Part shown: positions 21,351-33,868 of the stretch, piece after piece
Layout of the letters: the number at the start of each line of letters is the position of its first letter
How positions within the stretch are numbered: position 1 is the stretch's first letter
NCBI GenBank assembly: GCA_030295235.1
Contig: AP026129.1
Span: 992,001-1,056,000 of the forward strand
DNA: 64,000 bases
From: Fistulifera solaris
Taxonomy: Eukaryota
Reading direction: 5' to 3'
Program-made: the position numbers and the translations under genes
The notes under the pieces: generated by a model
Database searches by the model: none
Told to the model about the DNA's origin: nothing
What the model saw: the letters and a program-made list of their open reading frames with translations, nothing else

Positions 21351-22913
21351 CTACTTCTGCACTTGCGACCACAACCATTCCGGTGTAACAGACTTGGGTC
21401 GTTCCAATGGCAAACCCAAGGCGCGATCCCAGTAGAGTTGTGACAAGGCTCCCACGGCGCGGCTAACACCGAACAATACCGTGTAGTACTGATATTGAGT
21501 GAATCCGTAGTGCCACAGCAAAACTCCCGAATGACTGTCCACGTTGGGGTAAGGATTCGCGACCTTTCCGTGCTCCTTTAAGATGCCCGGCATGACCTGA
21601 TAGATTGTATCAACCAATTTGAATAGGGGGTCATCGGGGATGTGCTTGAGAGCAAATTCGCGCTGGCAAGTGTAACGGGGATCTGTTTTTCGCAATACAG
21701 CGTGTCCGTAACCAGGAATGACTTTTCCAGCTTTCAGTGTTTCCCATGCAAACTCGGTGATGGACTCAGCGTTGACTTCTTTACCTTCCGCATCGAACTT
21801 CGACTTTAGTTCTTGAATCCATTTGAGCACTTCCTGGTTTGCCAAACCGTGCAGAGGCCCTGCCAGTGCATTCAACCCTCCCGAATAGGACAAGTACGGA
21901 TCACTAAGGGTGGAACCGACCAAATGAGTCGCATGCGCACTGGCGTTGCCACCTTCGTGATCGGTGTGGATGCACAAATAGAGACGCATCAGCTCATCGA
22001 ACGACGGATCGTCGTATCCCAACATACGGCAGAAATTACCCGAATAATCCAAAGACAAGTCTTTGTTCACCTTTCCGTCAAAGTACACATTGCGGTAGAT
22101 GGTGGCAGCGATTTCGGGAAGTTGTGCAACGACCGACAAAATGTCTTCGAGGGCATGCAAATGATATTCCTTCTTGGGGACACCATCCGCGTACGCTTTG
22201 GAAAACTTCGATTCCGTCTGGGCCGCCATCAAACCGATCGATAATTGCGTCATGGGATGCATCTGCTTGGGAAGACTGTTGAGAAGAGGCACGACGTGGG
22301 CCGGAAGTGTCGAACGCGCGTGCAACTCCGCCGTCAATGAATCGGCTTGTTCCTTGGTCGGAACTTCTCCCGTAAGAAGCAACCAAAGAGTGACTCTAAA
22401 AGAGGCTCTCCATCTCCCGTTTTGCCCGAGTACGTGGGCAAAACGGCTTGACATTCCGGAATGGTCAATCCACGAAAGCGAATACCCTCTTCGGCATCGA
22501 GATTGGATGTTTCCCAGAGCATGCACTTGACGCTGCGTGCACCTCCGATACACTGATCAATCGTGACATTCCCAATCACGTGAGATCCGTGTTCCTTCTT
22601 GAGTTGGGTCAATTTGGCTTGCTTTTCGGGGACTTGCGCCGCCAAAGTCTCTTGTAACGTCGTGATGGAGCGGACGGACGTTTTGGCGAAAGACGAAGTA
22701 AGCGTCTACAATATTCAAGTTGAAAAATGAAGGCAATTAGATATTGGGCGACTTGTTTGATAAATCACGAAAGTATACGAAAATGGATGTTGGTGTAAAA
22801 AAGCATTCCTTTCGCACGCGGTTGGCTCGTGCGAACGACAAAGGAGGCTAAAATGATAAATGGCTCACCTTTCGCGAAAGTGCGCTCGCCGATTTCGAAA
22901 TCATGCGGTTCAT
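21351..22913 (-). CDS. CS: Mitochondrial citrate synthase
   Basis: [35 protein letters not shown] and PNVDSHSG. Exon 1 [15 protein letters not shown], intron ~22706-22868. Homopolymer frameshift at ~22385. Confidence 0.95.
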
Positions 22914-24217
22914 TGCTACAATTTTGTGTTGTAAATGTAAGGGAGAATATCCGATAGGCTTGTGATTGATTCATGAACTCCTCAAAGACGCATTGTGATG
23001 GATCTTTTTAGCGGTTGGGAAGAAAACAGCGAAACTTCTCTTTTTTTTCGGCTTCGGTCTTTTCTGGCGAGTGTTAAATGTAAGTCACTAACTAAACGGG
23101 AATGAAAGTGCCGGGCCTCGGCTTCATATCTCTACTACGTAATAATAGCGACCAGGATAAACTTTTGTTTGGCAATGTATCGATGATTACCGGTACGGTA
23201 CGGTACCTGGTATGGGATGCAATGTAGACGCAACTTATACAAGACTGAATTTCAGTCATGAGCTTTATTTTGTGCGGTGGTTCGCTTGTGTTTTATGAGC
23301 GCTTGCGACCTTTCAAGACATCTAATAGTCTATTGCAAGAATGCGTTATCGTATGATCATGTACACTCTCTGAAGTGACATCATAGGGCAATCACGTCGA
23401 AATTTTTTGGAATAGCTAACATTTTCATTTAAAAAGTCCCAAAGTATTGGTCCTAGCAGACGCGACTGGATTTCAGTCACGAAAATATATTGTGCGACTA
23501 TATTCGTTGCTCGAATCAGCCATCGTCGCCCGTTGCTTTTTATTAATGTCTGGATTAAAGGTAGATGTAAGCAGACAGTTTAAAAACGACTTCGCGTTTA
23601 GCGTTTAGCAATTACTCATATCGACTCCGCATTCACGATGATGATTCTTCACTATGACGAAAGAGAACGCGAACGCCCTTGAGCACATTTTGATTGAGTG
23701 TAACCTTGGAGGGAAAAAACCTTTCATAGATGTAGTTTTGTGTTACAGCGTTGTATACCGTTAGGCCTTGACTACCTCCAACTAACTAGTACCGGATCAA
23801 CAATTTTGCGAACGCCGCCTGCCGAGATGACAACCTCGTGTCAAACACCGCGAAGATTTCACAGACAAACCAATGTCCGGTGCGGTCAAATAGCCGGTGA
23901 TTGACACCTCATTCCCACTTTTGGCAAGGGTGGAACAAAAGGGAAGTGAAGCAACTGTTCCATACACTGGCGAAGCTTCCCTATTCCCAGGTTCGCATAG
24001 TATAAAACTCAAACGGGCATAAAGATTGCCGTCGTTTGTTTGTGACGTTTGACACCCTTCATCTCAAAAAGTGAGGCAACAGTATCTTATAATTCCAGTC
24101 AAAGAAATATAAACACAAGCGAAACTGTCTAGTCAAGCAACTTTCGCTAGAGTCTCCAGAGGAGAAAAGAGGAAAGTGTCAAGAAAGATCGGTCGTCCGA
24201 AAAGAAACGATATCCAA

Positions 24218-25888
24218 ATGGCAAATGCGATGTTAGAAGATGACTTCAAGTCATCGCATCCTGACTTGTCATTGTTTGGGGAGCCTCAAAGGAAGGAGGA
24301 AAATGCCATACAGTCCAAGATTCCGAATCGAAAGTCCGTAGAATTCATTATCGACAGTCCACCGACGAAGCGCCATCGTCCCAATGTCAATTTGACGGCC
24401 AAGCAAATTGTGAACGGTACGTCAAAATCAAACAAACCTTCGAATCTCTGTCATTATTATGCTCATAGATATGAATTCTTCCTATCCTCAGCCATCAGTA
24501 CGAGCATAACCATTAAAGAACGTTTGGAAAATATTCAAAAAGCCAAAGATGCGTTCGATCATGATATTCAAGCCGTGCACGACGATGAAATTACGGCCGG
24601 AGCCGATTCCGCTCTCGTCAAGCACCTGACGTTTTTGGCATTTCACACGCAACAACAAAGTGAAGATTTGGCCGAGCTTTTCAGCGAGATCACTTGGACG
24701 TGTGATACTTTGGAATCTATTTTGCGGGCATCCCCCGAATCCGTGGAACTCTGTTTTGAACGCATGGGGCACCAGATTATGCAGTTGTTAGTCGGTCTGA
24801 TTGACAACGAGCTGTCGAGAAGGACGGCTCTGGCACGAGAACTAAATGATGACGACCGGGGCAGCGAAACTCCGGATCTCGATTCTGACTCACGTACTAC
24901 TGACGAGAATCCTTCCAAGGTGGACCAAATAGCTACGCCGGAAGGGGACTTGTTGTTACGAAAGATTTGCAAGATATTTGGACATTTTGCGCGCGTTGGC
25001 AAAGCCACCAAGCCCATGGCGCATTTTCCTGGATTGTTGGGAGTATTGCTCAGCGTGATCTGCTTTCGTCCCTATCAAGTAATCCCCTGGGAATCACGGC
25101 TATCGGCTCTCTGGACCATCGCAAATTTGGCATGCAACTCGGAAAATATGCAAATGATGGCTTGCGCACCGCGCTTCATTGAATCGTTGCTGGAGGTATC
25201 ATGTAGGCCTTTACATCCAGGAGATACGCTAGAAACAACCATGGAGGTGTTACGTTCACGATCACTTGTTGCACGGGCTGTCTTGAATCTTTCGTGGTCA
25301 CCTGAGAACAAAATTGTCTTATCGGAGCACGGTCCGCTTTTGGATCTTTTACTAGAACTTACGGTTCATAGAATTGCTCCTTACGGACAAAGCCGTACCG
25401 TGAGAGGTGTACTGCTTTCGTCTCGTCATTTTGCTGTCGGAGCGCTGCGCAATCTAGCTGCAGCTCCTCGTCGTATCAAACTTTATCTCTGTCAATACAA
25501 TAATGGAGCTGTACTCGATACGCTCATTGACGCAATCTTAAATGATACGGACGATGGAGTGAAAGATCGAGCAATCGCTGCCATTCACAACTTGGCTGTC
25601 CACGATACTGCATCCCTCTTGGCCCAGCGACAAGCTCTTGTGCTGATTTTGAAAGATGTCTTGTTGTCAAGCGAAACGCCGTCGGAACTAAACGAAGGAA
25701 GCAGAAAATCACATGCTTCAGCAACACTTCTGGTTTTAGAACGTTCCATAACCCCTGAAATGGATTCCTTTGATAATTTACAGACTCTACTATCTGCAGT
25801 TCATCCGAGTGCAACCGGAGAAAGGGACGAGAAAAGTCTAACCAAAAGCAGCGATGGTATGGAGGCAGTCGAAATGTCCGCAGTCTAG
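24218..25888 (+). CDS. Armadillo/HEAT-repeat protein
   Basis: Repeated ARM-like helices ALWTIANLA, ARAVLNLS, AVGALRNLA and AIAAIHNLA. Confidence 0.7.
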   Translation: MANAMLEDDFKSSHPDLSLFGEPQRKEENAIQSKIPNRKSVEFIIDSPPTKRHRPNVNLTAKQIVNGTSKSNKPSNLCHYYAHRYEFFLSSAISTSITIKERLENIQKAKDAFDHDIQAVHDDEITAGADSALVKHLTFLAFHTQQQSEDLAELFSEITWTCDTLESILRASPESVELCFERMGHQIMQLLVGLIDNELSRRTALARELNDDDRGSETPDLDSDSRTTDENPSKVDQIATPEGDLLLRKICKIFGHFARVGKATKPMAHFPGLLGVLLSVICFRPYQVIPWESRLSALWTIANLACNSENMQMMACAPRFIESLLEVSCRPLHPGDTLETTMEVLRSRSLVARAVLNLSWSPENKIVLSEHGPLLDLLLELTVHRIAPYGQSRTVRGVLLSSRHFAVGALRNLAAAPRRIKLYLCQYNNGAVLDTLIDAILNDTDDGVKDRAIAAIHNLAVHDTASLLAQRQALVLILKDVLLSSETPSELNEGSRKSHASATLLVLERSITPEMDSFDNLQTLLSAVHPSATGERDEKSLTKSSDGMEAVEMSAV

Positions 25889-26021
25889 ACGAGTTGCAAC
25901 AAAGAACGCATTCATTTAATTTTTTATCATTCAATTTTATTTATAGAAAAGATTTTAGATCATGATTATTTGATACTGGCTGTTGCAACAATGAACAAGA
26001 GTACCAATGGACAACTACAGT

Positions 26022-27737
26022 TTATAAAGGTTTATAGTAAAGCCAGCAAAAGAGGCCTCCAATCAGAAGGAATCCTGCAGCAGCTTCCACATCTATAAGC
26101 TCCTCGTTCTTCCAGCCAGCGTACAAGAAGTTGAATTGAACTGTGAAGAACAGGGGGAGGATGGGTTGCATCATGCGCGTAACGATACCTGCATAGTTGA
26201 AGTTTTCAAAAACGAGTTTGCCGCTTGCATCACGAGTAATTTTTGCAGGCGTGTCAAAACCCCGAATGATAATATCTGACGCAAAACGCGACAACCCCTG
26301 GACAGCGGCGGAACGGATGAGTCGTCGAGTTTGATAGTGACGGAGAGCATCATTAAGTTGAGACCGTTTTGTTGCGCGTCTGAGTTCTTGCGAAACAACA
26401 AGGGCGTCTTCGATCGCCTGGCAACCACCCTGTCCCAAGTTCGGCATCATCGCGTGAACACCATCACCGAGAAGAGCTACATGACCATCCGTCCAAGGTT
26501 GGAAAACGGAAGGAGGTCGATCATATAAATCACGCTGTTCAATTTCCTCCTCTTTGGTGACTCGAAGAATACTATGAATCTCCTCGGACCACCCATCGAA
26601 GATACCTTGCAAGTAGGCAGATGAACCATTCGGTTTCGATTCCGTCTCGGCAGAGTTCGGAGGACGCGCCAAGAAGGCATACCATTGGTATCTACCTTGG
26701 CCGATATCCGTGATAACAAAGTACTTTGATGAAAGATGCCAAACACGTCAGAATAGGGAGAGGATCCTCTTTCGAAAATGCAGGATGTGGGCACGTACCT
26801 GGTTGGGTCCAATGTACACCTTGTACCCCACTTCGCCGTGATCCGGTGAATCATAATGCAATTCACCCGCATATACGGTGTATCCAGAATACGTCGCACC
26901 CGATTCCTCGCCGCGGGCCGCCGAGCCTCTCATGGTGGCGCGTACTTCCGACCAAATGCCGTCTGCGCCAATGAGGACATCTGCGTACATTTCCTTGCCC
27001 GACTTGGTTCGAACTTTGACGAGGCGACTTCGTCCATCCTTGGATTTGACCTTTTCGTATTCTACAACTTTGTCACCCGTGCGGACCGTTCCGGCGGGCA
27101 GGGCATTCAATTGAATTTGTTGCAAATCGGATCGATCAATCACTCCAGTGTAGGGCATGTTGCGACGTTCCGCGGGGGACGCAAGATCGAATTTGGCATA
27201 CCATTCCGTGCGTTTGCCGTCTTTGATTCCGTTCGTCTTATCTCCCGTGAAGGTGAATTTTTCCATAATATTCGCGTACACATCTTTGTCGATTGTTTTC
27301 ATGGCTTCCAATGCATTGCTGGCTAATTGAATGGGGCCGCCGAAGCGACGAAATTCGGAGGTCTGTTCGAGTACAGTTACTTGAATGGGCAATCCTTCCT
27401 CCTTGGCTTTTTTACACAAGTCGTTCGCCAGCGCCAGACCTCCGATACCGGCTCCGGCTACAACGACTCGAAGAGGATGCTCCAAAGTAATGGCGTCGGG
27501 GACGTCGAGCTCGTCACTCACAACACCCGAGGACATTCCCGAACCGGAAGGGATTGTCATCGTCGACATTTTGAGAGAGAGAGAAGGCCTGAAATCATCA
27601 CTCGGTAAGTTTGTAACTTAAAACGACGCATTCGACTTTCTCATTACAATGTCTTACCTGGATGACAGGCGATCAACTCCGAACGGAGATACTGATTGCA
27701 AGAGAAAACATGTTACGGTCGAAACGATTAGCTTCAT
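26022..27737 (-). CDS. ZEP: Zeaxanthin epoxidase (FAD-dependent monooxygenase), plastid-targeted
   Basis: GAGIGGL, FGGPIQLASNAL, NGIKDG, GADGIWS, LLGDGVHAMMPNLGQGGCQAIED. Exon 1 MKLIVSTVTCFLLQSVSP-FG. Two introns (~27590-27657, ~26725-26798). Hydrophobic C-terminus; exact stop uncertain. Confidence 0.92.
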
Positions 27738-28599
27738 GATGTGAAAGAGGAGAATCAGGAACGGCAGATTGTCAACCAAAATTCAAACTGTTGCGCTCCT
27801 CCGTCGGTGGCAACTGTTACGCAATGCGAACTCCGGTGAGCTTACAAAAAGAATGGTTTGTTGTTTGGTGGTAGTCTTCGGCGAAATAGTGTTGTCACAA
27901 TGCTATTACGTCTGCAGTCTGCCAGCCTAGCAACCATTCTCTCTCGGAAAAGGAAAACATCGCTGCGCACGTTTTGCACACGGAAAACGAGCGATGATGA
28001 CCAAACTGCAAACTGCATCCAGTCGACGTGGTCGTTGTTTGTCTGAACTAAACTGTAACATCCGGTATTCAAACCTCCCCCTTTCCGAACTGATGTGGCT
28101 TAGGCAAGGATGACGTGTCAGCGCGGCACGCAGCTCGGTGGGACGCGCTTGTGTCCTGAGTTCTGACTCATGAATCAATCGTCATCCACCCGTTTCTGTG
28201 AGTGACGCCCAACGAGTCCATGGTGACGTTTCTTTCCAATTTCCGATCTTCTTCTTCCCAAACTTTGTGGGAACTTCGGCGTGGGTGGAATTTGACGCAG
28301 GAAACCGAGTCCGAAACACCACCATAGTCACAGTACTCAAGACGTATCACAGTGTCTTACCGGTTAAGAATGAAACTGGAACAATGACCGCATCCAAATA
28401 CCTTCTACTCTATATAGTACTGCCAATCAGGATCTACAAAACTGTGTATTAACAGCCTACCAGTACGGCGACAAATGCCGAACACCGAACTCTCACTTCG
28501 TGCAACAAGGATGATCAACTTTATCCCAACAATGCATACAATCTGTGTTGTTGGATTTCATTTCGCCTTCCAACGAACAATTCGAGAGAATTGTGAAAC

Positions 28600-30949
28600 A
28601 TGGCAGCAGTGTGCGGCATCTGCCGCTGCGCCGGAAGCGATCTAAGCGTCGTGGGCTGCGGATGTACCTTGCATGTGCGGTGCCTGCCTTTGGCCATTGT
28701 GGCAGAATTCGAGCCACTTCACGGTTTCGTAGCTACGAAAAGTCAATTGAATCTGTGTCCTTGCTGTCAAAACTCCTTCATCGATCAACTGAAACTTCTT
28801 CCTCTGGGATTAGATGATCTCGATAGGGCCGTTGAATTGCAAAAGAAAGCGGGAGATCCGAGCTTGGATGCTCAAGATCAGCATTTTCAGGAAATCGAAG
28901 CCGAGGCGTCTTATGTACATCTATCGAGGGGCGGAGGGTCTGTCTCCGCTAGTTTGAATCAAAACAATCATCAACGAACGGGTCGATGGACGAACGAGGA
29001 AATTGCTTACACAGATTACCTGGTAGATGCATTCGATCAAGGAAAGCTCCCGGTGGCGCAAGGTGTGCGGTTAAATGATTTCTTGGGCGATATGCTGATG
29101 TGTAAGGGGAGTCGCTTGACAAAGAAGATGAAGAATGCGAAACTGAGCTCCCGCTCCTACGAGTTATCTCCGGCGATTGGAGACGAGAAATTTGTCGGTG
29201 TTGACACCCAGCTGCTTTCCAAGTTGGAAGATGATTTCTTGAAGTCGATAGCGTGCGAGGCTCGTCGTCTAGAATTGCGGTTTCATACTACTAAAGCGTG
29301 GCGGACCCACTTTTCGAACTTTTGCTTGCAATTGAGTAGTTCTCTGCTAGAAGCCGACGAATGGGTCACCAGTCTGGAGATCATGGAGCAACGTGCTGCC
29401 CAAGCAGAGGAAGCGATTCGTAAGGCCCGCCGACTTCGCATGGGTATTGCATTGAAAACAGATGTGCGCTCTGCTCAGCAAGGAGTGTTTTTTAACGGAA
29501 TGGCTGCGCCTATTCGTGGGAAATCAGTCTCCATCACGAAACACATGAACGCAACTCATGCTGCCCTCACTCACCAGCCTGACAAGATCCAAAGCTCACT
29601 TCCGCAAAGTTCAACAAACTCGATCACTTCGTCGGATGACGGGGACGCTGATTTTATTTCTAACATCCTCGATTATCAGCCGAGCAAACAAGCAACAAGC
29701 GCTGCGGACGATTTCGCTTCCCTCTTTGACGAATTGGCTTGTCATCCCTGGAGTGAGTCGTCATCAAAGGAAACAAAAGCGAGTAGTACATGTGCTGTCA
29801 CATTTGTCGAAGAACTGGTTTCGTTTATTGAGCAAGAGAATCTTCCTTTTGAGCACGTAGATCTTTGGGTTCCTTCGTTTGCTGAAGGTGATGGGCCTGG
29901 CAATGAGATGCGCCTCTATCACGCTGGACAGGGTACTCGCGGAGACCTTGACGCTTCGCTCTATTATCGGATGTGTGAATACGGAGAATACAGTACGAAA
30001 TTCTCATTCGCTGTTGGCCATGGACTCCCCGGGCCGCGTTTACTGTACGGATAAGCCGTCTTGGGAGCGCCATATTCATGAGCAAGACCCGAAGATTTTC
30101 GAGCGCGCAGGCGGAGCAAAGATGTATGGAGTTAAGACTGGCTTCGGGGTCCCAGTGGTGTCGAAAAGCATCGGTCGCATTGTTGTCGTTTTTTACAGTG
30201 TCCATGACATACAACCGGACTTGCAAATGATGGAGCGCATTGTTGCGTCTCTCTCTAAGTACAGTCCTACACCCAAATGGAAGCTCGTCGTTGAAATGGG
30301 TGATAGCAAACCTGTCCCCAGTCAATCGTCGAATAGACTGCTGCATTACGAGCACAACACAGCGAAGAAAGGCATTCAAGTGCCGCATTCCGTTTCAGTG
30401 GCTTCGATCGTGGATCAGCATGAAAAACTCGCTCCGGCGTCCATATGCATGGAAGAGACACATGAAGAAGAGCAGCATATTGCCTCGCTACTCGGTCAGT
30501 ACATGCCTATGTCCCAGTTAGCTCCTAGTACTGAATCAGGTGACGTGTACATGCTCCCGTTTTTCATGTCTCTCAGATTGCTACTATTGCGAGCCCCCAA
30601 CCGACGCTCACCCCAAGAAGCAGAGAAAGTGGAAACGATAATCAAGAGTTATCGGGGGTATCTACAAGGAGATCGGAAGGAAAAGCAAATTGTCGATTTG
30701 CTGGTGCAAGATTGGCGATATTTATCGCAGAGCGAAGATGCACCGAGATCGCATTGTGCGGGGTCTTCATATGAATCGCATGTGATGGACACTGCGTCCA
30801 TGAACTCCATTACGGCATCAGGTGTTCCTAGCCGACAACCACATGCTCTCTCGTTTGTTCCACCGCCGAATCAAGCTCAGGATGCATCGGCCTGCGGACA
30901 GGACTTTAAGAAGAGGCGTGTGTCGTCACTGGAGGAGAGTGGTTTCTAG
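28600..30949 (+). CDS. Putative transcription regulator: RING-like Cys/His N-terminus, Myb-like motif and NIN-like-protein-type GAF domain
   Basis: CGIC...GCGCTLHVRC...CPCC; RTGRWTNEE; VDLWVP...FSFAVGHGLPGRVY...WE...FERAGGA. One extra G at ~30031 splits the ORF. Confidence 0.7.
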
Positions 30950-31126
30950 GAGAAGGGAAGTCACCCTCTATCAGTGTGCAACCTCATGATGCCTCTCAAA
31001 CATTTTCATCCATTTTTTATTTTTACTCAAGAAGCACAACAAATTTTTGGCTCGTTTTTCATCTTTTCGTTTGTTTACGATCAAATGCCACCATTTTTAT
31101 CACGATTTATAAGTTTAGTTCATTTT

Positions 31127-33523
31127 TCACACATGTCTTCTAAACGACTTATTGCTTTTGTGCTTCGATTGTTGAGAATATTCGGGTGCAGCAAGGAGCT
31201 TTGCCAGAGAGCTTCTCCGCAGAAAGTTTCCTAGCGCTAACTTGGTCGCCACTAGGCAGAGCCAAAATGCAAGCACAACAAATGTAGCCCATATTGGCAT
31301 CTCCTCCAGATCTTCAACATAGTATTTTGAGGCGTCCCTAAGGAGGCGGAACAAGACCGATACTAAAGGGATTTGTGCAAAACCGATTCGCTTTACAACA
31401 GCATGGGAATGATCCAAGTTCACATGTTCATGACCTATTCCCGTCACGTCACCAGCAAGCAGCAGAGCGTATTCCGGGTACACACGGGAAGGCAGAAAAT
31501 TAAATTTGGTGATGAATGCGTGCTTGATCCAGTCTGATAAAACTTCGGACCCGACCACAATACCCCACAGTCTTACGTAACCCATGAACTGGCCCGCTTC
31601 CATTCCTTGACAAGCATTCAACAGAAAGACAAGACTGAGAAAAAGAGCCAGCTTGAATCGTTCGCATATATCAGATGCAGTAATTTTGAAGAGAGCCGCC
31701 TTGTTGTACTTTTTGAAAACAGTACTTTTGATCTCAGCGAAATTGCCAGATATGAGCAAGGTTAGCAACACATGATCCGTGGAATTCATGGCGACGTGCA
31801 AAGTCACAACATGGAGGAAAAGAAGGAGCGAATGCACAGAAGCGTAGAGCCAAACCACCATCACCGAGATGACCATGCGGCTTGACCGTGGGCGATTAAC
31901 AGTATTCCAATACATGCTTTCCAAACAATCCTGCCCAAGGCTGCTAAAAAGTCGGTCAAAAACCTCAACCATTGCAATTAAAACGTAGATTTTGAGCATG
32001 GCTTGTCCACGAATCCAATGATACAGTTTTCCGATCGTATTCTCAAGCAGGACGTAGCGGTATATCGTGTACAAGATGGTGATTTGAATGACTGGATAGA
32101 GATGGTGTCGGTGCAGACTGTACTTGTCGCCCATCGGCCGGGTATTCCGACGAAGCATGTCAAAACCATTGAGAAGCAGCAATAAGACGCTCCACACGAA
32201 GCGTATAGGTAAAATGGTTATCATGTATAAAAAAGAATCCAAACAGATGCAAAAACCAAAGCTCATAACTTGTTCGACACCTCCAGGGACTTTGATGAAT
32301 TCTTCCATTTGTACATCCACATCCGCAGTGGACTCTTGGTAGCTGTTCAAATGATCAAGCCATTTGGTTCGAACGGATTCGTCAGGGGCACGTAAAGGGG
32401 GCAAGCGTGGATACGACAAACGTCTCGGTGTTTTGTGTTGGTTTAACTCGTTGACGTCGTCGGCCGTTTGCTGTTGTCTTTGAAATTGTAGTATGGAAGG
32501 TCCTAGCCATAGTCGCTCCGACAAGGTCAGGGAATTCGAACTTTCAACGTTTGAGTTTCGCTTGCTGTATTCTTCTTCGTCGCTGCTATACAGGAGACGA
32601 AACGAAAGATTTCGACGATTGTGGGTTTTCGGTCGGAGAATTTCCGATACATTGGTGCTTCCGATGGGACTCGACGTTGAATCTTTAACTTCGTCGCCCT
32701 GATCATGCAAACTCTCCGATGAAGTCTTCTTCTGTCGATTGTCAACAGACACGGTTTCGTCCATGGAAATTCCTCTCATTCTAGCGAACTTCTCGGAACC
32801 AGGGGGTTGTAATAAGCGCTCCAAACTTAATATTGTCTTGTTTGATTCGTCGTCTTCCTTGTTTTGAGGTGCAAGATGTCTTGACTCGTCCTCCGCCGTA
32901 TTGCCTACCTCGGTTGTATCTTCATCGCTGCTATACAGCGTTTTGGCTTCCAGAAACGTCGGAGTTTTGGATTTACGAGTTGCCGAAGGACTTTCCAAAT
33001 ACGGTGTAGAATCCGATCGCGGTCTTCGATAGGCGTGGCGATTCGAGACGGGTGTTGTCACGCGATTCAGAGGTTCGGTGTCGACTTTTGGTGGATCTTT
33101 CTGGGGCTGCGGAGAGTCCAGTGACGCGGGCTGCTGAAATGATTGCTTCGGTTGCAAATTGTGGGCTTGCAGTAAGCGACTCAATACGGCTAATTTTGTT
33201 TCTAGTTCTCGAACGCGTTCTTCCAACGAGTGTGCAGTATCTGACGGTTCGGTAAAATTTATTTCGCCCGGGTAACCTTGGTCCTCCAGTTGCTTTGGCA
33301 TCAAGGTATCAGCAGCGGTCGCGGTAGTAGATGTAACGCTATTTGAGTAGCCGCTATCTATTTTGCTAACCGGGGAAATGGACCCCTCAGAGGGTTGCAC
33401 AAATGCTTCGTGGAGAGCCAAAGAGGGTGTTGCATTACTTGACGAAGAAACTCCCACCATTTGGTTTCTCTGCTCGCCACTAAGAGTTATGTCATTTTTA
33501 TTCGCCGCCGTGATTGACTCCAT
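31127..33523 (-). CDS. TAPT1/Emp65 (DUF747) ER membrane protein with long disordered N-terminus
   Basis: FGFCICLDSFLY, YHWIRGQAMLKIYV, EVFDRLFSSLGQD, NFAEIKSTVFKK, SDICERF and DWIKHAFITKFN. Confidence 0.88.
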   Translation of the reverse strand: MESITAANKNDITLSGEQRNQMVGVSSSSNATPSLALHEAFVQPSEGSISPVSKIDSGYSNSVTSTTATAADTLMPKQLEDQGYPGEINFTEPSDTAHSLEERVRELETKLAVLSRLLQAHNLQPKQSFQQPASLDSPQPQKDPPKVDTEPLNRVTTPVSNRHAYRRPRSDSTPYLESPSATRKSKTPTFLEAKTLYSSDEDTTEVGNTAEDESRHLAPQNKEDDESNKTILSLERLLQPPGSEKFARMRGISMDETVSVDNRQKKTSSESLHDQGDEVKDSTSSPIGSTNVSEILRPKTHNRRNLSFRLLYSSDEEEYSKRNSNVESSNSLTLSERLWLGPSILQFQRQQQTADDVNELNQHKTPRRLSYPRLPPLRAPDESVRTKWLDHLNSYQESTADVDVQMEEFIKVPGGVEQVMSFGFCICLDSFLYMITILPIRFVWSVLLLLLNGFDMLRRNTRPMGDKYSLHRHHLYPVIQITILYTIYRYVLLENTIGKLYHWIRGQAMLKIYVLIAMVEVFDRLFSSLGQDCLESMYWNTVNRPRSSRMVISVMVVWLYASVHSLLLFLHVVTLHVAMNSTDHVLLTLLISGNFAEIKSTVFKKYNKAALFKITASDICERFKLALFLSLVFLLNACQGMEAGQFMGYVRLWGIVVGSEVLSDWIKHAFITKFNFLPSRVYPEYALLLAGDVTGIGHEHVNLDHSHAVVKRIGFAQIPLVSVLFRLLRDASKYYVEDLEEMPIWATFVVLAFWLCLVATKLALGNFLRRSSLAKLLAAPEYSQQSKHKSNKSFRRHV

Positions 33524-33868
33524 CTCGCTCTTGAGCTCTCACCCACCACTTGTGCTAGAAAGTGTTGCTATGCGGAGGTTTTGATGGACTTCAATGGTTG
33601 TGATGGGTTTGATGGCTGGAATAAAAAAACTAAATCATCGTGCAGTGCTTATAAAATGTGTTAAAGTCTTAGCGTTACTGCGTTATCATGCCTTATTTCT
33701 AAAATCCCCGTGTCAATCTCAATGGTCAAGTGAGCCTTGCCTCAAAAAGCAATAACATCCTGAGATGGTAAAAATAGTTGTGGAACAATACATTGCTATC
33801 ATAAACTTTCTAATATATGACAGAAACCTTAGCAAAACCTGGGAAATTCCTTTTGAACCGTTCTCCTC

